A DNA stretch of 63,216 nucleotides, filler included, from Basidioascus undulatus (Eukaryota), in assembly GCA_000826855.1 (NCBI GenBank). It is 6 parts of 6 records of this genome, joined end to end, with 100 filler letters (N's around TTAATTAATTAA, not from the genome) between each part and the next. Parts side by side here need not be neighbours in the genome. Positions count along the whole stretch, not along the records: positions 42,236 to 52,680 come from JTLS01001126.1; positions 52,781 to 63,216 come from JTLS01001127.1; 4 more parts are not named here. One strand, given 5' to 3'. This document shows positions 50,902 to 63,216 of this stretch, piece after piece. The first letter of the stretch is position 1. Every line of letters begins with the position of its first letter. The notes beneath the pieces are model-generated. The model saw only the letters and a list, made by a program, of their open reading frames with translations, was not told the DNA's origin and ran no database searches. A program made the position numbers and the translations under genes.

Positions 50902-52680
50902 CTATTTCTTTTTCCCCTGCCCCGCTCCCCTCTTCTTCTTCGGCGCCTCCGGCACAGGTAGGACGGACCCGCCCGCCAGCTCGCCGTTCGTGGTGGAGCC
51001 GTCGTTCACCTTCTCTCGTGCCTGTACTCGGCGATCCGGGGTTAGTTTCCCGAACGAAAGGAGACATGGGAAGGAGGGAAGGAAGAGGAGAGAGCCGAAG
51101 AAGGAGAGAAAGCGAAGACACACCTCGACAAAGAACATCAAGTCCCGCACCGTCTCCTTCAGACCCGCCACCTCCACCGTGAGCGCATCCACCTGCGCCT
51201 TGCTCGCCGCTTCGCGCGTTGCCATCGCGCTCATGCGCTCCATCAGGCCCTTCGAGACTACCCACCCGCACAGCCTCTCATCAGCTTCCTTCTCTCCTCT
51301 TCTCCCTTCTCTTCCCCGAATTGCGAAAGGCGCCGCGCGCGGCGGTGGGGAAGGGGTGTATGGGGGAGAAGCAACGCAACGCACCCAGCCGCTCCCCCTC
51401 CAGCTCCCTCTGCAGCCGCCGCACAAGCTCCATCGCCTTGTCGCTCTTCTTCTCCGCCCGGTCGCGCTCCTTCTCTAGGCGCGGAAGGATCTCGCCCTCG
51501 AGCTCGTTCGCGCGCGCGACGCGCGCTCGCAGTGCTGCTTCGGAGGACTCGAGCGTCGCGAGGCGCGTCTGGAGGTGGGACTGCTGGGCCTCCTGTTCTC
51601 CGGTGGGTAGATTTTCAATCATTTAAGAGGAAGAAGAGGAGGAAGAAGGAAGATGGGGAGAAGGAGGGAAGAGACGCACGTAGTAAGCCCTCTGGCTATC
51701 GAGCTGGCCAGTCAAGAGCGTCGAGAACTCGAGCGCCATCGCCTCCGTCTTGTCCGCTGCGAGGCGGTCGATCTCGTCCGGGCCTGCGCCGCCGCCGTCC
51801 GCGCGGAGGTGCGACGAAGAGGACAGCGACGCGGAGGGGAGCTCGACGAGCTTCCCGTCGGCTTTTTGGATTAGGCGGTGCACGTAGCTGGCATCACTCG
51901 CAGGGGAAGTCAGTTTCTTTGCATCGGTTAGGAGCCGAGGAAAGAAGGAGAAGGTGAAGATGGGGAGACGCGAATGTGGGGAGGTGCGAGAAAGGGGAGA
52001 AGGGAAGGAAAGGACAACGTACCCGTCCCCCGCATAATCCCACACCCGTTGCGTCTCGAGCTCCAGAGCATACACATGGCTCGTCTCGACAAAGTGGGCC
52101 TGGGCGTGCGCAGCGCCGTACCGCCCGCAGCCGACGTGTCCGCAGATGAGGCACACCCAGAGGGAGTGCGTCGAGCCACAGGCGGCGCAGGCGGTTGCCG
52201 CTGCCGGTTGAGAGGAGGCGGGGAAGGTCGAGGAGGATGATGTGGAGGGGTGCGGGTGGGACGTGGAGGGGTGCGAGATGGATGAGGAGGAGGATGGGGG
52301 AAGGCGCGGGACGGAGTAGCGGCAGACGGGGCAGCGAGAGTTGGACCAGGACGAGAGGCACGAGCAGTGGAACGTGTGGTGGCACTGAGTGCAAATCCTC
52401 CCCAATCAACTTCAAGGACAGAGAAAAAAAGAGAGAAAGGGGGAGAGCGCGCACCTGGATCGTCATCAGCCCCGTGACGGTCGCGTCCATCCTGTCCAAG
52501 CAGACCGGGCACGTCGGGAGCTCGTACACCTCCGCGGGAGATGTGGGAGAGGCGGTGGGGAGGATGGGGAAGGAGAAGGAAGACGCGTCGCCCGACCGGA
52601 TCTGGATGGAGGACACGCGCACGACGTGACAGATTTCGGGCTGGGGTGAGGGCTTAGTACGAGGAAAGGCGGGAAAGAGG
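50902..52680 (-). CDS. ETP1: BRAP2/ETP1 RING and UBP zinc finger E3 ligase (5' end lost in gap)
   Basis: ELPTCPVCLDRMD, CHHTFHCSCLSSWSNSRCPVCRY, LWVCLICGHVGCGRY, ELETQRVWDYAGDG|YVHRLIQ, coiled coil, VRDLMFFVE. Confidence 0.92.
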
Positions 52681-52780
52681 NNNNNNNNNNNNNNNNNNNN
52701 NNNNNNNNNNNNNNNNNNNNNNNNTTAATTAATTAANNNNNNNNNNNNNNNNNNNNNNNNNNNNNNNNNNNNNNNNNNNN
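52681..52780. other. Artificial contig spacer
   Basis: 44 N + TTAATTAATTAA + 44 N. Confidence 0.98.
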
Positions 52781-54916
52781 ACTGGGGATCCATGTGCCGC
52801 AGGTGGGTCGGCGCTGTGCCCTGTATCTGGATGCACTGATCCCGATGCTCTTCTTTTTTTTCGTTCGCCAGTTTTAGCTGGGCATAATGGCGCTGGGCGG
52901 GTATCCCGCCGCGGCGGGCCGAACTCGGGACTCGGGGGCACAAACGGATATTCTCGAGCACACTGCAAAGCCTCATTGGGCAGCAGCTTATGCCCCTTCT
53001 TCTTTCGTTTCCCTACCTTGTCTTTTTTTGTCTTTTGGTCTTACGGCACTGTACCAACACTCGCCCGCAGCCTCGCAACGTCTCTTCTTCTCTTCTCACG
53101 ATCACCATCCGATAATACCACCCGCGCTCTGTCGTCCTGCGTGCCCGACACGATTGTGCGCGGCTGTATGCTGCTGACCGTCCGTGCAGCGAGATAGTCC
53201 AGACACCTCCAGTCTCATACAACATGGCGGCACTGAAAGGCCATGCATATCGGGAGGCTTGTTCTATCTGAAGCGTTCTCGATAGTGCTTGGTTCCCGGC
53301 GTTGTGGGAAGTGTAAACAGATGTCTGTTCATCTAATAAGAGCTGCTAAACCGACATCCTTTTGCCAGTTTGGTCCTTACACCAAGCATTGGGCCGGACA
53401 GGCGCGGCAGTGGACTGCGCGGCACGGCATACGAGACAGCCGCAATGTCTGCCCTTTGCCGAGCCGCTGACAGCCTTTCCCTGCTTCTGCTTTCACCCTT
53501 GGGGAGGCGAGGCCTACGTGAATATACATTCCAATCATGTCGCACCTGAGGTTATACGGAAAGATCGAGAAGGCGAGCTTCCAGCAGCGTCGCTGTGGTG
53601 ACTTCTGAAGCGATAGTGGAACGCAGGGAGCGCTCTCTCCCCTCCCCCAGATCGACGTCTCTTCGTTGGAATTGGGTTCCCCGATGTGTCATCTGGCCGG
53701 AAGTGCTATAATTCCGTGGTGGTACAATCTTGACGAAGAGCGCCCTAATTACGCGGTCCTTAACCCAAGGGAAGGATGAGGCATTAGACAAATCTTCTGC
53801 GGAAGGCCTCACGCTTGAACTGCAAGCATGCGCCTTCCAGCAGAGGACGCGTCGCCCCTTTCCGAGCTTGTTCCCGGTTGATGTTCCCTCATCTACAGAG
53901 GGGGAGGTACAGCAAGAGACGCAAGAGTCAAGGTGGCGATCGCTCCTGCACGCTGCCCGGCTTGCCCACCGCAGTTCCGCACGGTGCGTGGTACCTTCAG
54001 GCCACAGTGATGGCGCCTGAGTTGAAGGACCTTTTCCTTACACCTGAATGCCCAGAATTAGTCTGTCTTCATCACCCAGGCCCAACAGGCTAGCCATAGC
54101 TGAAGTACCCCCCTGTACCTTCTTAGCTGGTCGATCGGGGTTCGCGCACTGGCGCCGCCCAAATCACTAAACAGGTCTAGATACGCTAGAGAGGAGGCTG
54201 AAGGCTTGAGCTGGAGCAGGGGAGGAGGACGTTTGAAGCGCTGCGCGGACACTCTGTTCTTAGACAAGGCTGCCATGGACAAGGAGGATAATCTGTGCAT
54301 GTACCTCCCACTCAAACCCAAGAGATACCTAATCGTGTTTTCATTTTTAAGATACCACACAGGTCGACGCAGACCTAGTTACTGTGCATGGATGAGTCTT
54401 TGCGGCCCAGTTAGTTAGTCATGCTTGTCTCCTCCTTTCAGGACGTTATCGCCTCCGTCCTGGAAGGAGGGCCTCAACGGCCCAAGAGGAATGGTGTGGT
54501 GGAGCAAGGGGTTGGCTGTCCAGATAATGCGTAAAGAAGTACACGCTCATGCGAAATAACGGACGCGCGGGCCAATGCGAACCCGCCCACTTCCTGCTCG
54601 TTGGGTAGGGTATGTAAAAGATCTCAAGGCGCGAAGGCACGCGTACAGCCATGGACAGGCGGCACGACCCTGAACAAAGAAGCGAACTGATCGCGATGGA
54701 CAGGTAGTCATGATACATCCTGGGCGACACATCACCTCGTGTGCGCGGTGTCTATATGCGATGCGAGTGGGCGAAATCCGAAAGATCCAGAGAAAGAAAG
54801 CACAGAAAAGTCTAGTCTCCCCCTCCCTTCCTTCCCCTCCCTCCCCTCCTTTCCCCTCCTTCTCTCTTCCGCCTTCACTAACAGTCTATCTGCTCCCGAA
54901 CGGTCGCTCCGCTCCC

Positions 54917-56279
54917 TCAGTTGAAGACCACGGTCTTCCCGCCGTTCATGAGCACTCTGCGCTCGGCGACCCACTTGACGGCGCGCGCGAGGACGGCGCA
55001 CTCGACGTTGGACCCGGCATGAGTGAGCTCGCGCGGGGCCATGTTGTGGTCGACGCGGTCGACGCCCTGCTCGATGATCGGGCCCTCGTCGAGGTCGGCC
55101 GTGACGAAGTGTGCAGTGGCGCCAATGATCTTTACGCCACGGTCGTAGGCTTGGTGATAGGGCCTGCGGGGAGGGAGACGAGGTCAGATTCTAGTCGTAA
55201 GAGAGGGGTGGGAAAGAAAAACGAGAAGGAAAGGGGTAAGAAAGGAAGAGGGAAGGAGGGAAGAGGAAAGAAAGGAAATAGGGAAGGAACACCGGAGGGA
55301 AGAAGGAAGGAAAGAAGGAAGGAAAGAAGGATGTAAAGAAGGAAGAAAGGAAGCTCACCTAGCGCCCTTGAACGACGGCAAGAACGAGTGGTGGATGTTG
55401 ATGATGCGTCCGCTCATCTCGCGGCAGAGTGCGGGGGACAAGATCTGCATGTACCTTGCAAGCACGACAAGGTCGATCTTGTGCTCGCGGACGAGGTGGA
55501 GGAGCTTCTCCTCCTGCTCGGCCTTGGTCGCGGGGGAGAGGGGCAGGTGGTGGAAGGGCACGCCGTACGACTCGGCGAGGGTCGCGTACTCGGTGTGGTT
55601 GGACACGATGAGCGGGATGTCGATGGGGAGCTGGCCGGTCGAGGTGCGGAAGAGGAGGTCATTCAGGCAGTCTGTGGGTTGGGTGGGGGAGAGGGGGAAG
55701 GTTTAGCCGGGCAACAGGCACAGAGGGGGAGGAGGGGAGAGGAGGGGAAAGGGAGAGAGGGAGGGAAGACGCACGCCCGATCTTGGACACCATGATAAGG
55801 ACCTTCGGCTTCTCATCCGCATTATGGACCTCCCAGTCCATCCCGCGCTCCCGCGCCAAAACCTCAAACTCCTTCCTCACGACATCCACGCCCTTCCCAG
55901 CCCCCTCCGCGCCGCTGGGGGCGACATGCACGCGCATGAAGAACCTGCCCGTCGCGGGGTCCCCGTACTGCGCCGAGGAAAGGATGTTGTACCCGCGCTC
56001 GGCGACGAAGCCCGTCACGGCGTGGACGATCCCGGGCGCGTCGGCGCAGGAGAGGGTGAGGATGAGCGAGTTGGCGGGCGGCTTGGAGGGAGTGAGGGAC
56101 TTGGGGGGCGCTGAGGTCGGCGGGTGGAGAGAGGAGGGCGGGGGGGAGGAGTGCAGGGCCCGGGGAGCAGGGAAGGCGGGGCGAAGGAAGGAGTGCGTGG
56201 CGGTGAGGGTGGGAAGGACGGAAGGGAAGAGGGCGCGCGTTGGCAGACGCCGTGGGAGGCGGGCAAGGGCGGATGACAT
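54917..56279 (-). CDS. purU: Formyltetrahydrofolate deformylase with predicted mitochondrial presequence
   Basis: ACT domain LILTLSCADAPGIV...FFMRV, KVLIMVSK, SNH, DLVVLARYMQILS, IINIHHSFLPSFKGA, PYHQAYDRGVKIIGATAHFVTADLDEGPIIEQ, KTVVFN*. Confidence 0.93.
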
Positions 56280-58604
56280 CCTGCAGGCTCTGAGAGGGGA
56301 AAGCCAAGGGGACGATCCTAGGAGCAAATAGATAAAAGAGATCTGAGGAGGAGGAGGAGAGGGAAGAGGGAAGACCAGCCAACTTCCGAGCGAAGAGAGA
56401 AGACTCAGCTGCGCTAGGCGGGCCGCCCCCGCGAAATTAGTTGATCATGGAGCGCGGGAGCGCCTGATAATTCGATTGGCATCAGGTGGACGTAAATGCT
56501 CCAGATTTATTGCGGAGGGAGACTCGACTCAATATAAGATGTACATGCACGTTTTACCGATAAAGTGCTTGAGAAGCAGCTGACCCGAGACATATCGTAC
56601 AGTTCGTGAGCGGTGAGTGCAAGCGGGCGCTGCTAACTGGGAGTGAGCACCGCCGCGAAGGTCGCAGCGACAGCAAGCTGTTGAAACAACAGGGCCGCTT
56701 GCTTGAGAAGCTCCTTTCCTTTTGTGGCTGAAAGCAATGCAGCCAGGATAAATGCAGGTTCTTGTCCAACACATACACATTCTTTCGGGTGTCGAGCTCT
56801 CTGGGTCGGTTTACCCCTCACTCGGTACCGCGTTATCCCCAAAGTTCTGGTTTCAAAATTCGGAAAAGTCCGCCTGGTACGCGGTTGGAAAGGTTACCTT
56901 GAATCCACCATCGACTCGGGAAACCAGCTGCAGACGCCCATTAGATCTCCTGTCGGGACACTTGTTTGATTCAGCTCGAGGAAAAGTGGGAATCTAAGTG
57001 GAAATTTTCGGTTTTCACAGGTCAGGTTCACAGGGTCTTTTGTTGAAGCAGGTCCACCCATGTACCCGCTTAGGCATCATACACACTTCGACAAAGCGGA
57101 TCGCACGGCTCGTGCTACTGCCCCTTTGCAGCTCTATATCATAGAAAGCCTTACAAGATGATCGATTGTCCAGGTACATAAATTTGCCCTTATTTCCTGA
57201 TGCAGCCTCTTCTCAGAGGGCTCTGGTGGAGAATGAGGACAGATCCGATCTGGGGCCGGCTCGCACGGTACCAGTAACTGGTCGTGCATCCGAACGTTGA
57301 ACAGTCCTGCCTTCAGTTTATCTCTTTGCAACCTGCTCAGGCAGAAGCAATGGCCGGGAACAGGCATCAGTAGCTGCAAGAGTGTACAACATGCACACGT
57401 GGGGATCAACCCGAGTTCGGACGTTGCTGCCGACTTGGCCATCCGGTCGGCTTGAGCCTTTCCTCGGCTTACAAGGGCTTAGAGAATGGTAACGGTCCCC
57501 GGGGCTCTTCGTCGCACAAAGTATCCGTTCTGGGCCTGGGCAGACGCTGCGGGGCGACGCGTGGTTCGACAAGCCAGCTGCAGCATTGTGTCTGTCAGTG
57601 TCCCCATGGAGAGATACCCTAGCCTGTGCTCCTAGAGTGTCCACGACCAAGAGAAATACACACAATTCGTCTGGTTATGAAGGCTCTGATAGATACCGGA
57701 AAAGGAGGTAGACAGCCTGCGGCGTGCAACGTGCAGCTTCAGAATCGAAATCGGGCTCCGCTCGACTCGGTCGAACGATCTGAACTGACCTAGAAGCATA
57801 TCAATCAAATGGATGAGGGAGATGCCTCTGTATTTCGAGCACATCCGGTGGTGTGCAGCGCGAGGCATCCCTCCCTCCGCTGCAGGTGCACCACTTGTGC
57901 AGTCTCGACTCCCTTCTCACCAAGTACTGGGCCCTTTCGCGGTCCTTCACAACCAATGCAACCTGCACCTCTTCATTTTGCTCTCACAGCGAAGAGCCTT
58001 TCAGTCGATGTCCACCGCGCAAACTTTCATCAGTTCTGGCGAGTTTGTAACCCCGCTGACCTCCCTGCCTCCCGACGCCACCGGCGCTGAGTAAGCTTGC
58101 CTCACCCACGCCCGCCGCCGCGTCTCGCCGCCGCTGATCAATTGTGCATCGCAGTTTACGTGTGCCACTCTTGCTGCCTTCACTTCACACTTCACTGCAC
58201 CCTCACCATCCTCGTCGACTTCCTCACCACCCACGCCACCTACAAGCGTGCACTGATCGGTTGAGGAGACGCCGTGACGGGTTTCGGGGAAGCAGCAGGA
58301 CCCAGACGGTGAGCTCATTCGTTTCCTTTCGGTCGCTTCTGCTTTCCTCGAGAGCGTTCGCGCGCCAGTCGGGGAAGGGCATAGAATCGTGCAGGGCGGG
58401 GGAGGGAGTTGATGCATGGAAGAGAAGCCGTGTCTGTACGGGAAATGCGCGGAGGAGGACATACGTATTTCTGGCGAGTTATCGATTATCGCCTTCGAGA
58501 CGTCTTCTCTCCGCTCTCTGCACGCTGCCTGCACAGCGCCGCGCTGACTTTCTCTTTCTTTCTTGCGTTTCGCTTGCATCCAGAAGCAAGCAGCAACAGC
58601 CAAC

Positions 58605-61600
58605 ATGGCATCCTCATCATCTACATCCTCATCGTCCGCCTCCCCTTCGGCAGCGGCGGCCTCCTCATCACGCACGCTCCCGCCTCCGATCCCCTCCTCT
58701 GCGGCATTCGGTCCAGTCTACGGCCTCCCCTCCTCCTCCTCCCCCAGCACGCATACGCACCCTGCATTCTCCACCGCCGCGCACTCCCACCCCTTCCCCC
58801 ACCCGCACTTCAACAACAAGCGCGTCCTCCCCAATCCGACGACGAACGGGCACGCCCAGCCGGTTGTCGTCGACCGTGGACCTGCACGAGGAGATGCGCG
58901 ACCAGCGCGAGGAGGCGCAGTACGACTGGTCGGACGAGGAGGACGTCAAGGACCTCGCGGCTGCCCTCGACCCGCAGCAGCGCGAGAAACCGCGCAAGGG
59001 CGTTCTCCACTGGCTCACCCTCCTCTTTTCCACCTTCGTCGGCTCTATCTTCATCTCTGGTTGCCTCGTCGCCGTGCCAGTCGCCGTGCATTATTTATAC
59101 CTTCTCCCGGAGGACCCGAGGACGGAACACCGACAATACGTGACCGACAACATCAAGGTGCGTCTCCCCACCTAAAGAACGCGAAACGCCTGCAGGAGAC
59201 TCACAGCGGACTGGGAACCACACAGGCCTGGTTCGCTTGGGCCGCATTCAACGTGACCATGTCATGGTGGCTCGCGCTTCTCGTCGACCTCGTGCCCCAC
59301 GTCGTGTACGTCTGCTGCATCCACTTGGCTCTCGCTCCTTAGTCCCCTCTATGATGACGACCCTTCGCGCACCCAGCATATACTTCGTCCTCATGATCTG
59401 GGGCCAAGTCTCGGAGGTGCTCATGTCGCGCATCGAGAAGTGGCAGTCGATCAAGCGTTGGATCAAGCCCCTGTTATACGCTGCGAGCGGCTGGGCTTCA
59501 TGGGTGCGTTCTTCCATTCCCACCTGAACCACTCATTCTGCCCCTCGATCCCTGCAAGCCCGATCGCCCCTACTCATCTCGTATCATGTCGTTGCGCCAC
59601 AGGCCGTCTTGTTCGGCAGCCCCTTCTTCAAACTCTGGAACGAAAACTCGTCGAACCCGAGCGAGAACCGGGCGCATTATACCTACCGGGTGAGTTCTTC
59701 CGAGTGCAGCTCGAGGGCGGCGGTTGATCTGATGCTCGGAGGACATGGGAATACAGCTGTACCAAGTGGTCAAATTCTTCTTCTTTTTGATACTCATCTA
59801 CTGCATGGAGAAGCTACTTATTGCGCTCATCTGTGCGTTACTGCATACCGCAATTTCGAAGCTCAATGCGCTGTTGCTGACAGCGTATATCCTCGGGCAG
59901 CCGAAACGTTCCACCGCACGGCGTACCGCGAGCGAATCGATTGGGTGACCAAAGGCCAGAAGAGTACGGGCAGCGTTGACTTCGCGCCTAGGTGAACAAC
60001 AGTGACTCACACTACCGCAACTCCGCAGTCCTCGACGTCCTCAGCAACTACAGGCCCAAGCGCAAGTCGACGCGCCCGCAGAACAACTTGGACCGCTGGA
60101 CGAGCGGCTACGACGATTCGGGCTCCTCCACTCCCAAGTCTGGCAAGGCTTTCTCGACCGGCCGCTTCTTTGGCGGTGGGACGCGCCCGTCGAGCTCGCG
60201 CCAGCCCACGGGCGACTCGTACGAGTTCCGCGACGGCATCTCGTCCTCCTCGCAGCCGTTCGCGACCGGTCAGAACACCGTCTCCAGCAGTGGCTCGCGC
60301 TCGGGCACCAGCACCCCGCGCCCCGGGCACGTCCTTGATGCTGTCACCGGCGGCGCGAGCTTCGTCGCGAAAGGCCTCAAGAAGGCTGCGCTGCACGATG
60401 CGAGGAACGTGAGGGGCGAGGACGGCGAGGGTCTGACTGGCTTCGGGATCAACATGGGCACGATCCGGGACGCAAAGAAGAGGGCGAGGGACCTTTGGTC
60501 AGTCGGGGGTTCGCTTTTGTTGGTAAAGAGAAATGGAGCTGAGCGGCGGTACGAGCCGAATCAGGTACGCGCTCCAACAGGACCCGAAGAAGAACTACCT
60601 CGTCGCGAAGGACTTCTTCCCTGGTACGTGTCTGTCCTGCTCATAAAATACCTCAACTGCTCATCGGAATGTTAACTTGATGATTCTGTGCAGCTTTCCC
60701 GACTCAGGAGGCGGCGCACGATGCGTTCGACTTCTTTGACGCGGACGGCGGCGGTGACATTACGCGGACCGAGATCAAGATGTCCGTTATGAAGATCTAC
60801 AAGGAGCGCAAGTTCTTGGTTCGGAGCTTGCAGTGCGTTGTTCCCTCCTGTTCTGTTCGAGATATGGGCGCAGCGTGCCGACTGATGCGCGGGTGGGCAC
60901 TTGCGCAGCGATGCGGGCCAGGCTGTCAGCATGCTCGACACGGTCTTCATGTGGGCTGCGGCCGTCATCCTGTTTTTCAGTGCGTCTGACCCCTCCTCGA
61001 GCTTCCGCCTCTTGAACCCCGCTGACGCAAACAAACTGTCTTCTCCTAGTCGCCCTTCCGCTCTTCCAGCTCAGCATCGACAGCTTCGTCACGTCCGTCT
61101 ATTCCGTTGGCTTGGCAGCGAGCTTCATCTTCAGCAATGCGGCCACGAACATGTTCAACTCGATCATCTTTGTAAGTCCTGTGGCGGAGCTGCAATCCTG
61201 AATTTTTTTTTTTGCTCGAGCGGCATCTGATGGTTGCCATCCAGATCTTCGTCACACATCCCTTCGATACCGTGAGCCTTTCCGCACTTGTACAGCCTCA
61301 GGACCCGCCGTTGACACACCAATTTTTCTAGGGCGATCGCGTTTTCATTGACCGTATGTGGATTTGCCATCCTGCGAGCGTGGTACTCGGCGCGCGGCTC
61401 ACGGATACTGACGATCGCGGGTTGGTGCAGAGGAAAACCTTGCTGTCAAGAAGATGGGCATCTGGGCGACGGTCTTTGCGCGCGTGGATGGACAAGAAAC
61501 GTACTACTTCAACTGTGAGTAGCTCATAATGTTGGATCGCGTGTACAGTGCTGATGAGTCTTGTACGCCTTCAGCTCAATTGTGCAACAAGATCATGTTT

Positions 61601-62433
61601 GTCCCCACGTTCGCGTCCCAGCAGGAAGCACATGCACTAACGCCGAAGTCGATATTTCCGTGCTCGGCAGCATCAACGTGCGCCGTAGCGGAGGAATGTT
61701 TGAAAACTGCAGCATCCAGATTGCGTGGAACACACCGATCGAGAAACTCGACCGTACGCTGTCCAGTTCATTCTTTGGTTTCATTGGTTGGAAGTTCTAA
61801 CAAAGGTGGCCATCAAGAGCTCGAGAAAGAGCTGTCCGAGTGGATGGCATTGGACGAGCAGAAGCGGTTCCAGCCAGCGTCAGTGCCATTTCCCGGCGAG
61901 AATTACGGATTTCGACTCAGCGGCTTACACGACCTGGTGTTACAGGACGGCGGTCATGTACCAGCGCATCGACTTCCAGCGGTCTCTAGACCTCACGATC
62001 GGTATACCGCATCGAACCAACTGGCGTAAGAGTACTGCTCAGGCATGAAGTCACCTCTCAGTCGCTGATTCGGTCCCTTTTTGCAGAGGATTGGGGCGCG
62101 TACAACGACCGTCGCACCGCTTTCCACGCCGCAGTTCACCACTACACGAAGCTGCTCGGCATCACGTACCACAACTCTCACCAACCCGTCTACTTCTCGA
62201 ACGATGTCCGCACCATCCCGTCCACTCTTTCGCCCGAAGAGGACGAAAGGATGCTGCGCTCGCCCATTTACCCCGAGGACGGCCCGTCGTCCCCGCCCCC
62301 GATGCAACCTGCGAGCGCAAGGCCGCCTCCTGCGAAGCCGCTGCTCGGCTTTGCGCCCCCGCCCGCGGATCGGTCAGGACTCCGGGCGAGGAAGACGATC
62401 AACAAGAAGCAGACGATGATCGGCGACGCTTGA
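58605..62433 (+). CDS. MscS-like mechanosensitive ion channel with EF-hand (Msy1/2 family); start codon uncertain
   Basis: YDWSDEED, several TM exons, FHRTAYRERI, AFDFFDADGGGDITRTE, ASFIFSNAATNMFNSIIF|IFVTHPFDT|GDR, INVRRSG, IPHRTNW..WGARTT, end KKQTMIGDA*. Confidence 0.88.
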
Positions 62434-63216
62434 CGAGATGTTTCCGCTTCTTTCGTTTCACCATTTCTACTCAGGACTTCTGTCCAGGACTCCAGATTCT
62501 CTCTTGCATTGCTGGTCATTGCTATCGTCTTGAAACAGTGCTTTCTCGCATTCGTTTGTATTATCCATTGTACCCTGATTTGCTATGTTGCACGTTTTCC
62601 TGCTCTTGTGAGGGAAATCGGAACACGCCTTGACACCGGCTTCGGCAACGCACTGCCCGAGTTGCGGCATGATGTTTCTAAGCGTATCGCTGTTGTGTCG
62701 AAGTTGGCAGTTTGGCGATGCGGGCTCGGGCCGGACTCAAGCCCGCCGCAAAGCCGTCGCCGATGCCAGCAAGGACGACGCGTCGATCGCCAGTCTCGGC
62801 AGAAGCCGCCCGGCGGCCGCTCCCTGAGGCGCGTCTGCCTTGAATTGTGGGCTCGCTTCACTCATCATATCACGCTGTAGTTGCCAGAACTTGTCCACTT
62901 TGCTTCGCCGATACACTGCGCATCCGCACAAATTTTTCTCGTATGTGATGAATACTGACCATGCATCTCTAGCTCCAGCATACAAATCAAGCCTCCTCCC
63001 ATGGGCCGCTTGTGTTTAGCACGCTGACCACGCTGTGGGGATTCGGCCTAGGACGGCACGTTCAGCTGCAGCAAGAAAGTGTCGTCCTCATGCGGAGAAT
63101 CAAAGTTATAGTTGTTCTGCATGGTTACCCGCAGTCCGCCCCCCACGCACCTATCCGCGCCCCCCATCCGGCCCCGCGCCTCCCGCTCGCCCCCCCCGCC
63201 CAGCACATCCCCTCCC

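Noticed and set aside
10467..52780. Repeated palindrome TTAATTAATTAA at ~10.5-kb spacing, considered as a biological repeat or recombination site
   Set aside because: It is always embedded in 44+44 Ns, so it is a synthetic linker.
52781..54750. ORF fragments downstream of purU
   Set aside because: No recognisable domain or consistent exon chain.
56400..57950. Cys-containing short ORFs between purU and MscS
   Set aside because: No coherent zinc-finger or transposase pattern, so they cannot be supported.
1..63216. CRISPR arrays, rRNA, prophage or intact mobile elements
   Set aside because: None seen. There are no regularly spaced repeats and no rRNA or transposon coding signatures.

Overview
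Eukaryotic, intron-rich fungal DNA. It is a basidiomycete, probably a Pucciniomycotina-type yeast (inferred from short GT-AG introns, CTGAC/CTAAC branch sites, microexons and protein similarity). The window is not one locus. It is six contigs (10466, 10466, 10454, 10449, 10445 and 10436 bp, size-sorted) joined by artificial 100-bp spacers (44 N + TTAATTAATTAA + 44 N). Genes recognised from motifs: LOC1-like, a peroxisomal acyl-CoA synthetase, SEC27, tRNA-Pro(AGG), Zn-ADH, EMC5, SUR2, a GH15 hydrolase, ALG5, a DAL5-family MFS transporter, an aldo-keto reductase, MAK3, an AIF/AMID oxidoreductase, ETP1/BRAP2, purU and MscS channels, plus several decayed accessory genes. The most striking pattern is repeated gene scrambling inside contigs at C/T-rich tracts: STRAP 5' joined to RMT2 3', xylose reductase 5' joined to ESA1, RAD14 cut off before MAK3, an orphan MscS exon, and an AKR missing its catalytic segment. 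Misassembly is the most likely cause, but this is testable. A tandem pair of decayed small secreted-protein genes with a CPNCPWCLSCPP motif is the best candidate for an undescribed family. All assignments come from reading the sequence by eye; no database searches were run, and exon boundaries are manual.
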